From the NCBI GenBank assembly GCA_965214405.1, contig OZ243956.1, forward strand, positions 1,408,001 to 1,472,000: a DNA stretch of 64,000 nucleotides, read 5' to 3'. The notes under the pieces were generated by a model that made no database searches, was not told where the DNA came from, and worked only from the letters and a program-made list of their open reading frames with translations. The position numbers and the translations under genes are program-made. This DNA comes from Trueperaceae bacterium. Its GTDB lineage: Bacteria; Deinococcota; Deinococci; Deinococcales; Trueperaceae. Numbering within the stretch: the first letter of the stretch is position 1; every line of letters starts with the position of its first letter. This document shows positions 51,091 through 60,329 of the stretch, in pieces.

Positions 51091-52317
51091 TTAAGGCTGT
51101 AGCGACGCAAAGAATGCCCGCATGTCCGCTGCAACGAGTTCAGGCTCTTCCCACTCGAGGAAATGCCCGCCTACGCTAATCGGTGTCCAGTGGACGACGT
51201 TGTAGGAGCGCTCGGCCCACTCACGGGGTGTCGGGAACATGTCCTTGTCGGTCATGAGCATTCCGGTGGGCACTTCAACCCGCCCGAACTGTCCGGGGTC
51301 TCGAGCCGTCTCGTAATAAAGGCGCATGGACGAGTTGATAGTTTGAGTTGCCCAGTGGATGGTTAGATTGGTCAGCAATTCGTCTTTGGTAAACGCGCTT
51401 TCTAAATCTCCATCGTTGTCGCTCCAGGCGCGAAACTTCTCAATCATCCATGCGGCGAGTCCCGCGGGAGAGTCGTTTAGACCGTAGGCCAAGGTCTGCG
51501 GGTATGAACTTTGCTCCATCGCATATGCCATCTCCTGCCCATACCAGGCTTGTGCGTTCTGGACGAATGTTTGCTCGGCTTCGGTCAAGTCGTCGGGCAC
51601 CTGCGCCACATAAGGATTTGTGCCTGAGAGGTGGACACCGATCATCTCGTCGGGGTAGCGCAGCGCCATTTGCTGGATGACCCCCGCGCCCAAGTCACTG
51701 CCGCGCACGGCGTAACGCTCGTAGCCCAAGGTCTCGGTCATAAGTTTGTGGAACAGGTCAGCCATCTTAGCTACGCTCATGCCAGGTTCATTAGGAATCT
51801 CCGAGAACCCGTAACCCACGAGCGAGGGCACCACCACGTCGAAGGATAAACCGCCTTCATCAGGCGTCGTGAGCAGCGGGATGAGGTCGAGCATCTGCAC
51901 GAACGAACTCGGCCAGCCGTGCAGGACGAGGACGGGCAGCGCATTCTCACCCTCACCGAGTTCATGGATGAAGTGGATGTTCGTTCCGTCGACGTCGGCC
52001 ATAAAGTTATTAAAGCTGTTGATACGCGCTTCCTGAGCACGCCAATCGAAGCCATCCTGCCAGTACGAAACAAGTTCTTGAAGGTAGTCTAAATTTGTGC
52101 CATAAGCCCAACCTGCGCCTTCAACCTCATCGGGCCAGCGGGTCTCGGCCAGGCGTTGGTGAAGGTCGCTCAATGTCTCATCGGAGATGTTGACTGCGAA
52201 GGGCTGAGCCGTACCGCCTTGCGCTTTTACAAAAGCTGTCCCGCCGAGGAGTAGGGTTGCTAACACGACTCCCAAAATACTGAAGCACTTGCGTGCTAAC
52301 CTGCTTGAAGCACTCAT
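51091..52317 (-). CDS. Epoxide hydrolase (EHN-domain, microsomal type) with predicted signal peptide
   Basis: ETRWP, FDWR, HGWP, PSLVGYGFS, GSDLGA (Asp nucleophile), DSPAGLAAW and GGHF motifs; hydrophobic N-terminal leader. Confidence 0.9.
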   Translation of the reverse strand: MSASSRLARKCFSILGVVLATLLLGGTAFVKAQGGTAQPFAVNISDETLSDLHQRLAETRWPDEVEGAGWAYGTNLDYLQELVSYWQDGFDWRAQEARINSFNNFMADVDGTNIHFIHELGEGENALPVLVLHGWPSSFVQMLDLIPLLTTPDEGGLSFDVVVPSLVGYGFSEIPNEPGMSVAKMADLFHKLMTETLGYERYAVRGSDLGAGVIQQMALRYPDEMIGVHLSGTNPYVAQVPDDLTEAEQTFVQNAQAWYGQEMAYAMEQSSYPQTLAYGLNDSPAGLAAWMIEKFRAWSDNDGDLESAFTKDELLTNLTIHWATQTINSSMRLYYETARDPGQFGRVEVPTGMLMTDKDMFPTPREWAERSYNVVHWTPISVGGHFLEWEEPELVAADMRAFFASLQP

Positions 52318-52382
52318 TATTGTCCTCCTGAAAAGTGTCGTTGGCTTGTAGTTGCGCTGCGAACAGCTTGACCCTTTCTCCT

Positions 52383-52451
52383 ACCAGTAACAAGACGAGA
52401 CGTCTCGTCTTGTTACTGGTGAGTATAGGCAAGACGCAACGTCTTGTCAAG
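52383..52451. promoter_or_regulatory. Perfect 38-bp palindrome plus a second degenerate copy; candidate TetR operators
   Basis: ACCAGTAACAAGACGAGAC|GTCTCGTCTTGTTACTGGT (52383-52420) and CAAGACGCAACGTCTTG (52430-52446), between the divergent hydrolase and TetR genes. Confidence 0.85.
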
Positions 52452-52465
52452 AGGTAGAGTAGGGC

Positions 52466-53056
52466 ATGGCAGAGCAGGGCAATGAACCCGATGAAAGACG
52501 CCGCAGCGTCAAGTCACACAAGGCTATTCTCGACGCCACCGTGAAGCTGCTTGAGGCAGGTGGGTACAAAAACCTGACCATTGAAGGGGTGGCTGCCGAA
52601 GCGGGCGTAGGTAAACAGACCATCTACCGCTGGTGGAGGTCTTTAGCAGAGCTGGTCATGGAAGCTTACATGTCCGCGAGCGATGTGCGGGTGCCCGAGC
52701 CTGATACGGGCACGCTTAGGGGCGACCTCAAGGCGATTCTGTTACCCGTGTTCGACCTCAACCGAGATTTCCGCGAGGGCACGGCGCTTGCCAACAAGAC
52801 GCTGATGGCGGAGGCGCAGTTGGATGAAAACTTTTTAGCCACCTATAGAGAGCTGCACAGTTACTGGCGAGCCCCGCTGCGGCGGGTACTGGAACGGGCG
52901 AAAGCGCGCGGCGAACTTGGGGCCAGCAAAGACAGCGAAGCGCTCATTGACGTGATGTTAGGGGCAGCGTGGTACCGGCTGCTGCTCGAGCACGCGCCCT
53001 TGGACGAGAACTTTGCCAAGGTGACGATTGACTTGATTGTCTCTGCGCAGGCTTAA
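52466..53056 (+). CDS. TetR/AcrR family regulator
   Basis: LTIEGVAAEAGVGKQTIYRWW, PDTGTLRGDL and RAKARGEL motifs. Confidence 0.93.
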   Translation: MAEQGNEPDERRRSVKSHKAILDATVKLLEAGGYKNLTIEGVAAEAGVGKQTIYRWWRSLAELVMEAYMSASDVRVPEPDTGTLRGDLKAILLPVFDLNRDFREGTALANKTLMAEAQLDENFLATYRELHSYWRAPLRRVLERAKARGELGASKDSEALIDVMLGAAWYRLLLEHAPLDENFAKVTIDLIVSAQA

Positions 53057-53285
53057 AGCTGGCTTGGGCGGTGAACCGGGCCGTCAATTACATAAAACTT
53101 TATTATGGCAGCAGCCATAGTCCTCATTTCCATCCCAATTTTTACGTTCACGCGCTAGAAGGCTAAGGTTGACTGGTAAGCCCCTTGGCCTCGAGCCCAC
53201 TTCCTTCAGTCGTCACGCATAGCAGTCCCCCTCGAGACCCGGAACCAAAGTATGCTTTAGTCACAAGTCGGTCTTAAAGGAAGGT

Positions 53286-54404
53286 ATGGACGCCCAAACA
53301 CTCTGCCCCAAACACATGACCCACGGCCCTTGCGGCGGGGTGAGGCCCTCAGGCGCGTGCGAGGTGGACGAGGCGCTGCCTTGTCCCTATCTGAACGTGC
53401 TGGACACGCTCCCCTGGCGTCGTCCGGTCATGCCTGAGCGAGAGCGGACCGGGCGCGGGGCGGGGAAGCTCGAGCGCACCCTACACTCAGGTCGGTTCGC
53501 CGTCATCGCCGAAGCCTACACCCCCGACAGCGCCGACTTAAGCGGGCTCATCCAGACCTACAGCACGTTTAAGGATAACTTCACCGCCGTCAACATCGCT
53601 GAACACGCGCTAGCGAGTCCGCACGCCTCCACCCTCGCGGCGGCGGCGCTGTTCGAACAAAGCGGCGTCGAGGCGATCATCAATCTCACCTGCCGCGACC
53701 GCAACCGCATCGGCTTGCAGGGCGAGATTCTGGGCGCGGCGGCCTTGGGCGTCAAAAACCTCTTCTGCGTCACAGGCGACCACCCCGCGCTCGGCGACCA
53801 CCCCGAGGCGAAGGCGGTTTTTGACTTAGACTCTTTAGAACTCATCGCCTTAGCAAAGAGGATGCGGGATGAAAGCATATTGCTAAGCGGACGCAGGCTC
53901 GAGCACCCACCTCACCTCTTTATCGGGGCCGCCGCCAACCCCTTTACCCGCCCCTATGACCTGCAAGCCGAGCGCGTCGCCGCCAAAGTCGCCGCGGGCG
54001 CGGACTTTATTCAGACCCAGGGGATTTTCGACGTGGCGCGTTTTGAAGGGTTCGTCCAACAACTGCGCGACTTTGGCGCGCTCGAGCGCGCCTACCTCAT
54101 CGCCGGGGTGGCGGTGGTCACGACGCTCGAGCAGGCCCTGTGGCTGAGGCGTGAAGTACCCGGCGCGCGCGTTCCCGACGAGCTTATCGAGCAGTTCAGC
54201 CAAACGCCGGAGCGTAAAAGACGTGACTTCGGGCTCACCTACGCCGCTGACCTCGTGGCACGGTTGCGCGGCGTAGTGGGGGTAAGCGGGGTGTTGCTTT
54301 TCCCCTTGCACGGCGACGTCCCTTCGGTTCGGGACGTGCTCGAGCGCATAAGTTTAGGAGATGAGGTGACGGGTGACGCATTACCAGCCGACTCTGGGGT
54401 CTAA
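53286..54404 (+). CDS. metF: Methylenetetrahydrofolate reductase with fused N-terminal MetV-like Cys cluster
   Basis: CPKHMTHGPCGG..CEV..C followed by TCRDRNR, VTGD, GDHPEAKAVFDLDS and KVAAGADFIQTQ motifs. Confidence 0.82.
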   Translation: MDAQTLCPKHMTHGPCGGVRPSGACEVDEALPCPYLNVLDTLPWRRPVMPERERTGRGAGKLERTLHSGRFAVIAEAYTPDSADLSGLIQTYSTFKDNFTAVNIAEHALASPHASTLAAAALFEQSGVEAIINLTCRDRNRIGLQGEILGAAALGVKNLFCVTGDHPALGDHPEAKAVFDLDSLELIALAKRMRDESILLSGRRLEHPPHLFIGAAANPFTRPYDLQAERVAAKVAAGADFIQTQGIFDVARFEGFVQQLRDFGALERAYLIAGVAVVTTLEQALWLRREVPGARVPDELIEQFSQTPERKRRDFGLTYAADLVARLRGVVGVSGVLLFPLHGDVPSVRDVLERISLGDEVTGDALPADSGV

Positions 54405-54789
54405 ATCCGAGGATGTGAGCGACGCTTTACGCGCGCTCGTCGCGCGGCAAGCGCGGTCTTGGGAGGAAAACAACTTCGGGTTGGCGGCGGACGACTGGCA
54501 CCCGGACGGCGTGCTGGTCTCCCCCGCCGGTAAGTGGCGCGCAAGTGAGTTAAAAGAGGAGATGGCGAAGTTTCACCGCGACTATACCGACCTTAGGGTA
54601 ACGGTAAAAAACATCTTTGCGACGGCGGACGGCTCCCGGCTCGCCCTCGAGTGGGACTGGACCGTGACGCGGAGAAGCGACGGCGCGCGCGGCACGACGC
54701 CCGACGCGATCATCGCCGAGTTAAAAGGGGACAAAATCCTCTCCTGGCGCGAGTATTTTGACTTGTCTAGCTCGGTTGAGGGGGATTGA
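54373..54789 (+). CDS. SnoaL/NTF2-like protein
   Basis: WHPDG, ALEW, and GDKILSWREYFD motifs. Start position uncertain. Confidence 0.8.
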   Translation: MTHYQPTLGSKSEDVSDALRALVARQARSWEENNFGLAADDWHPDGVLVSPAGKWRASELKEEMAKFHRDYTDLRVTVKNIFATADGSRLALEWDWTVTRRSDGARGTTPDAIIAELKGDKILSWREYFDLSSSVEGD

Positions 54790-54791
54790 GG

Positions 54792-55640
54792 ATGATCGAG
54801 CCTTTCACCCTGCTCTTTGACGACGAGGCAAAAGACGACAGAGCCTTGCCCGAGGATTTGCGTACCATCTACGGCGGCGACTGGTTGTTACCCGAAGTTA
54901 CCGGACGACCCTACACCTACGCGAACTTTGCGCTGTCGCGCGACGGACGTGTCTCGTTTAATGTTTCCGGTCACTTGGGCGGCGGCGACGTGAGCGGGTT
55001 TAACACGCACGACAGGTGGCTGATGGGCCTCCTGCGCGCCCGCGCCGACGCGGTGGTGGTGGGGGATAACACGCTGAGGCTCGAGCCCGACCACCTCTGG
55101 ACTTGCGACTACATCTTTCCTGACACTGAGGCTTTTGCGGCGCTACGCGAGGCGGAAGGCCGTAAGCCCCAGCCTGTGCAGGTCTTTTTGTCACTTACCG
55201 GCGACTTCGACGCCGAAGCCGCGGTCTTTTGTCAGTCTCATCTGGACGTTATGATTGCGACGACCTCGAGGGGGTACGAAAAGGCCCAGGCGCTACGCTG
55301 CGCCGCGAACGTCACGGTTTTGAATCTGGGTGAGGAGCGTGTCGATTTGAGTCGGTTCGTAAAGGTTCTCCACAGCGACTTCGGCGTCAACACCTTGCTC
55401 TGCGAGGGCGGGCCGCGGGTCTACGGTGGCTTTATTGAGGCGGGACTGATGGACGACGAGTTTTTGACGCTCTGCCCGACGGTCATCGGCAATCCTGTGG
55501 TGGCTGAGAATAGTAAACCGCGCCCCGGCCTCATCGAAGGGACGGCCTTTATGCCGAATGCGTACCCTAAGTCCCTCCCCACCAGTCTGCGCCGCGCCGG
55601 GGACCACCTCTTTCTAAAGTCCCGGTACGTGTACCCGTGA
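54792..55640 (+). CDS. RibD C-terminal / dihydrofolate-reductase-fold reductase
   Basis: RPYTYANFALSRDGR, LRARADAVVVG, LLCEGGP and DDEFLTLCP motifs; no deaminase domain. Confidence 0.85.
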   Translation: MIEPFTLLFDDEAKDDRALPEDLRTIYGGDWLLPEVTGRPYTYANFALSRDGRVSFNVSGHLGGGDVSGFNTHDRWLMGLLRARADAVVVGDNTLRLEPDHLWTCDYIFPDTEAFAALREAEGRKPQPVQVFLSLTGDFDAEAAVFCQSHLDVMIATTSRGYEKAQALRCAANVTVLNLGEERVDLSRFVKVLHSDFGVNTLLCEGGPRVYGGFIEAGLMDDEFLTLCPTVIGNPVVAENSKPRPGLIEGTAFMPNAYPKSLPTSLRRAGDHLFLKSRYVYP

Positions 55641-56989
55641 GCGTGAGCGCTGAGGTCCTACACGAACTTAACGCCGTGGTGGGCGAGCGGGGTGTCATGA
55701 CCGACCCCAAGGTCCTCGCGGCGATGTCGCAAGACCACTACTGGTTTTCGCCCGTGCTTAAACCCAAACTTGAAAATAGGCTCGCCGACGTCATCGTGCA
55801 GCCGAACAGCGTGGCTGAGTTAAAGGAAGTCGTTAAGCTGGCCTACGCGCACGACCTGCCGGTGACGACGCGCGGCAGCGGCACGGGCAACTACGGCCAG
55901 GGGATGCCGATGCAAGGCGGCGTGGTCTTGAGCACGCACGGGCTTAAACGTGTGCTCGAGCTGACCCCAACCCACGCGCGGGTGCAGGCGGGCGTCCGTT
56001 TGGGAATTTTGGAGCGTGAGGCGAGAAAGGTCGGCGCGGAGCTGCGCATGTACCCGAGCACCTTTGTGACCGCCACGGCGGGCGGCTTTCTGGCGGGCGG
56101 CGCGGGCGGCGTCGGCTCGGTCACCTGGGGCACGCTCTGGGACGAGGGCAACGTGCTCGCCGCAACCGTCATGACGGTCGAGCCGGAGCCGCGACTTTTG
56201 GACGTTGAAGGAGCTCATGCGCTCCAGGGCGTGATTCACTCCTGCGGCCTCACCTGCGTGATTGTCGATTTGACGTTTGCGTTGGCTCCCGCCGAAGCGT
56301 GGCAGCAGTACGCGGTCACGTTTGACACTTTCGAGGACGCGCTGCACTTCGGTGAAGCACTCGCTTATGACGACGGGGTCAAAAAACGCCTCGTCTCGCT
56401 CCACGAATGGCCCATCCCGAGTTTTTTTGGGCGGCTCGAGCGCGAAGGTATCACCCGCAACGGCAAGGCGCTGGCCCTGCTAGAACTCACCATGAGCCCG
56501 GACGAGTTAGCGCCCCTCATCCAGACCCACGGTGGCGACCTCACCTGGCACGGTCCGCACGAGACGTATTTGGGAGGCTCTATTAAACTTTCGGACTTTT
56601 CCTGGAACCACACGACGCTCTGGGCCATTAAAGCCGACCCCAACATGACCTACTTACAAGACGCCTACGACCGCGAGCGAGTGCGGGAGCAACTCGAGAC
56701 ACGCCGCAAAAGGTTTCCCGGCGAACTCCTCCACCACATTGAGTTCATGCGCTTCGGCGGGCCGCCCTACCCGCAGGGGATGACGCTGGTGCGTTTCAAA
56801 AACGAGGCCAGACTGCGCGAGATTCAGGCCTTTACCGAATCCCTCGGCATGAGCGACGCCGACGCGCACAGTCACAAATTAGACGACGACGTGCGTTGGA
56901 ACGGCCAACCAATTCTGGACGCCAAACGTCGCTGGGACCCCAAGGGGCTCCTCAATCCGGGGCATCTGAACGCCGAAAAGGACATGTGA
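55637..56989 (+). CDS. FAD-binding oxidoreductase (VAO/GlcD-like)
   Basis: RGSGTGNYGQ, MYPST, GGFLAGG, WNHTTL and DPKGLLNPG motifs. Confidence 0.88.
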   Translation: MSVSAEVLHELNAVVGERGVMTDPKVLAAMSQDHYWFSPVLKPKLENRLADVIVQPNSVAELKEVVKLAYAHDLPVTTRGSGTGNYGQGMPMQGGVVLSTHGLKRVLELTPTHARVQAGVRLGILEREARKVGAELRMYPSTFVTATAGGFLAGGAGGVGSVTWGTLWDEGNVLAATVMTVEPEPRLLDVEGAHALQGVIHSCGLTCVIVDLTFALAPAEAWQQYAVTFDTFEDALHFGEALAYDDGVKKRLVSLHEWPIPSFFGRLEREGITRNGKALALLELTMSPDELAPLIQTHGGDLTWHGPHETYLGGSIKLSDFSWNHTTLWAIKADPNMTYLQDAYDRERVREQLETRRKRFPGELLHHIEFMRFGGPPYPQGMTLVRFKNEARLREIQAFTESLGMSDADAHSHKLDDDVRWNGQPILDAKRRWDPKGLLNPGHLNAEKDM

Positions 56990-57753
56990 CGCGAGACCTC
57001 ACCCACCTCACCTGGACCGACGTTCGTGACCTGGATAAGACGGCGGGCGTCGTCGTGTTGCCCGTCGGCGCGGTCGAGCAGCACGGGCCGCACCTGCCCC
57101 TCATCACCGACACCTTGCAGGTGACGCGGGTGCTGGACGCGGCCTTGGAACGCCTCCCAGAAACCGTCGCCGCCTGGACGCTGCCCGCGCTTCCTTACGG
57201 GAAAAGCGGCGAGCACGCGGGCTTCCCCGGCACGATGAGCTTATCGGCAGATACGCTCCGGGCGACGCTCTTTGACGTCGCCGCGGGCGTCCAAAAAGCA
57301 GGGTTCAGACGCTTGGCCTTTCTTAATGGACACGGCGGCAACGTGTCGGTGCTAGACGCCGCCGCGCGCGACATTCACGCGACCACCGGGCTGACCTGTT
57401 TTTGCGTTCAGCCGAGCTTTTGGTTGCAGCCGCCCTTCGCGGTCTCAGAAGACGAGGACCGTTTCGGCATCCACGCGGGCGAGTTGGAGACCTCGCTGAT
57501 GCTGCTGCTCGAGCCCTCCCTCGTCAAGCCGGAGCGCGCCGCCAGACACTTTCCCGACTTTCTCGAGGGCGAGCTTCAGCTCTTCGGCGCGGCCTCGGTC
57601 GCCTGGCTGACGCGCGACTGGAGCGAAACGGGCGTGTTCGGTGACGCTACACTCGGCACCGCCGAAAAAGGCCGTGCGCTGCTCGACAATGCCGCTGAGC
57701 GCTTGGCCCGCCTCATCACCGAGATGAGCACATTTGAGGTGGCGCGTGGCTGA
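56986..57753 (+). CDS. Creatininase / creatinine amidohydrolase family protein
   Basis: PVGAVEQHGPHLP..D, SGEH..FPGT, NGHGGN and HAGELETS motifs; GTG start overlaps the upstream TGA. Confidence 0.92.
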   Translation: MTRDLTHLTWTDVRDLDKTAGVVVLPVGAVEQHGPHLPLITDTLQVTRVLDAALERLPETVAAWTLPALPYGKSGEHAGFPGTMSLSADTLRATLFDVAAGVQKAGFRRLAFLNGHGGNVSVLDAAARDIHATTGLTCFCVQPSFWLQPPFAVSEDEDRFGIHAGELETSLMLLLEPSLVKPERAARHFPDFLEGELQLFGAASVAWLTRDWSETGVFGDATLGTAEKGRALLDNAAERLARLITEMSTFEVARG

Positions 57754-58996
57754 AGGAGCCGAGGTCGCCTGGGTTTTGAGAAAGGCTAGGTCTGGCGACC
57801 AAGACAGCCTTGTTGATGTTGCCTTGGACGGCGGGCGCATGACCGCCATCGGCGCGAATCTTCCGCAACGCGGGCTCGAGGAATGGGACTTAGCGGGCCG
57901 CGTGGTGCTACCCGGTTTGGTAGACCCGCACGTTCATCTGGATAAAACTTACGCACCCTTCGACAATGAGAGCGGCACGTTGGGGGAAGCCATTAAAGTT
58001 TGGCGGGAGCACAAGGGAAATTTCAGCCACGCCGACTACAAGGCGCGGGCGCTCAAAGCCGTGCGGAGGGCGGTGGCGAACGGCACGACCGCCATGCGTA
58101 CCCATGTGGACGTGGACGCCGACTGTTTGCGCGTAGGCTTTACGGCGTTGGGAGCGCTGCTCGAGCTTAGAGAGGAAATAGCAGACTTTCTCGACGTGCA
58201 AATCGTCGCCCTGGGCAACGCCGGGATGAGTCAAGACGAAACTGACGCTCTAAGGAAAGCGCTCGAGCTTGGTGCCGACCTCGTCGGCGGCGCGCCCGCG
58301 CTGACGGACGACCCGGTACACTGTCTTCGCACCACCTTCGACTTGGCTGAAACTTTTAACAAAGATATTGATTTACACATTGACGAAACCGAAGACCCGG
58401 CGGTGCTTACGCTCCAAACGCTCGCCAAGTTGACGCTCGAGCGTGGCTTTCAGGGTCGCGTGACGGCGGGGCACTGCTGCTCGCTCGATTTTGTTGCTGA
58501 CGAGGTGGCGGCTAAGGTCATAGACAAAGTCGCTGAAGCCGAACTGAACGTCATCACCTTGCCCTCGTGTAACCTCGTCCTACTGGGCCGCGGGCGTCAT
58601 CCTGCGCCGCGCGGCGTGACGCGCGTGCGGGATTTTCTAGACAAAGGGGTAAACGTCGCCGCCGCGTCGGACAACGCGCATGACCCCTTCAACCCGCTCG
58701 GGCACTATGACCCGCTGTTCACCGCCAACTTAACCGCGCACGCGGCGCACCTGACGGGTACGGAGGAGTTGAATATGTGCGTTGAGCTGGTCACGACACA
58801 CGCCGCGCGGGTCATGGGCTTAGAGGATTACGGACTCACCGAGGGGGCAAGGGCCGACCTCGTCGTCCTCGACACGACCCGCCGGGGCGACGCCGTCACC
58901 GCCTTGCCGGAGCGTTTGGCAACGTTCAAGGGAGGCCGCTGCGTGGTGCGGCGGCACGTTCGGCAGACGTGGGCGGAAGGAAACTTATGGACTTAA
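57746..58996 (+). CDS. Cytosine/pterin deaminase-like amidohydrolase (CodA family)
   Basis: DPHVHLDK, RTHVD, DLHIDET, AGHCCSL and ASDNAHDPF motifs; complete metal-ligand set. Confidence 0.9.
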   Translation: MAEGAEVAWVLRKARSGDQDSLVDVALDGGRMTAIGANLPQRGLEEWDLAGRVVLPGLVDPHVHLDKTYAPFDNESGTLGEAIKVWREHKGNFSHADYKARALKAVRRAVANGTTAMRTHVDVDADCLRVGFTALGALLELREEIADFLDVQIVALGNAGMSQDETDALRKALELGADLVGGAPALTDDPVHCLRTTFDLAETFNKDIDLHIDETEDPAVLTLQTLAKLTLERGFQGRVTAGHCCSLDFVADEVAAKVIDKVAEAELNVITLPSCNLVLLGRGRHPAPRGVTRVRDFLDKGVNVAAASDNAHDPFNPLGHYDPLFTANLTAHAAHLTGTEELNMCVELVTTHAARVMGLEDYGLTEGARADLVVLDTTRRGDAVTALPERLATFKGGRCVVRRHVRQTWAEGNLWT

Positions 58997-60210
58997 TCCT
59001 CCGCAACGCGCTTCTTTTGGACGGACGAACCGTGGATGTTGGGATTGAGGACGGCGGGATTGTGAGGCTCGAGCCCGACCTGGAAACCTCCGCCAAAGAA
59101 GAACTCGACGCCGCGGGCGGGCTGACCCTGCCCGCTTTCGTCAACGGGCAACTTCACGCCTGCAAAGTGTTCTGGCGGCGCAAGTTAGCCGCGCTACCCG
59201 AGCACGTGCAAGCGCTCCCCCGCTTTGAGGCCGCGCGGCACGTCAAAGCGACCTATACGCCCGACGACGTGTTCCAGCGCGTGAGCGAGGTGATGCGTTT
59301 AGCCGTTCTCAACGGCACCTGCGCCATCCGCTTGTTTGCCGACGTGGACGAGGCTTCGGGACTGAACGCCATAAAAGGTTTACTCAAAATCAAAGACGCT
59401 TTTAGCCCCCTTATGAACGTGCAAGTCGCCGCTTTCCCGCAAGACGGCGTGCTGAACGGCGCGACTGAAAGACTGATGCGAGAGGCGCTTCTGTTGGGAG
59501 CCGACATCGTCGGCGGCATCCCCTGGATTGAGCGGGACGAGGCGGCGCGGCGGGCGCACATCGACCTGTGCTTTTCTCTGGCAAAGACTTTTGACAAAGA
59601 CCTGCATTTTGTCTGCGATGACACGACCGACCCGGCCTCGAGAACGCTTGACTACCTCGCGCGTAAAACCATCCAAGAGAACTACGAAAACCGCGTCGCC
59701 GCGACCCAATGTACCGCGCTGGCCTTTTACGACGACGCCTACGCCGCTGAGGTCGTTCGCCTCGTCAAACAAGCGGGCATCACCGTTTTCAGCAACGCCC
59801 ATGTATCCTTGGTGACGACCGAGCCAGGGCGTGAACCTTATCCGCGCGGGCTCACCCGCGTGCGCGAACTCTTGGCCGCGGGCGTCCCGGTCGCCTGCGC
59901 GCAAGACGACATCGACAACTGGTACTACCCGTTCGGGCGTAACGACATGCTCGAGGTCGCGCACTATATGGCGCACGTCGGCGGCTTCGCCTGGGAACCT
60001 GAGAAAGTCTTGCCGATGGTGACCGAGGTTCCGGCTCGAGCCCTGGGGCTTCGGCGCTACGGGCTGAGCGTGGGTGACGCGGCGAACTTAGTCGTGCTTG
60101 ACGCCTCGAGCTGGCACCAGGCGCTTCAGTTTCAAGAGGTCAAAAAAGCCGTTATCTTACGCGGACGCCTGGTTGCAAGAACTGAACAAACGCTCACTAC
60201 CGGGTTCTAG
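58987..60210 (+). CDS. CodA-family amidohydrolase paralogue with a degenerate active site
   Basis: Same framework (AFPQDG, VGGIP, RGLTRV.ELL, YPFG) but NGQLH, HFVCDD and ATQC stand in for HxH, H.DE and GH. Confidence 0.8.
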   Translation: MDLILRNALLLDGRTVDVGIEDGGIVRLEPDLETSAKEELDAAGGLTLPAFVNGQLHACKVFWRRKLAALPEHVQALPRFEAARHVKATYTPDDVFQRVSEVMRLAVLNGTCAIRLFADVDEASGLNAIKGLLKIKDAFSPLMNVQVAAFPQDGVLNGATERLMREALLLGADIVGGIPWIERDEAARRAHIDLCFSLAKTFDKDLHFVCDDTTDPASRTLDYLARKTIQENYENRVAATQCTALAFYDDAYAAEVVRLVKQAGITVFSNAHVSLVTTEPGREPYPRGLTRVRELLAAGVPVACAQDDIDNWYYPFGRNDMLEVAHYMAHVGGFAWEPEKVLPMVTEVPARALGLRRYGLSVGDAANLVVLDASSWHQALQFQEVKKAVILRGRLVARTEQTLTTGF

Positions 60211-60329
60211 GGGAACCTTAATTAACCCGTAAGGAGCGCCTTTCGTCGGGGGACTGCCAGCGTCAACCGGTGCGCCCGCCCACCAGCACCGTGACCGTTG
60301 ACGCGTCCGCCGCCGGGAGGATGAACCCC

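Noticed and set aside
53060..53285. Possible THF/SAM/ZTP riboswitch upstream of metF
   Set aside because: I could not find the conserved cores, and a TATGCT -10 candidate about 30 nt before the ATG implies a short leader. An Rfam scan would be decisive.
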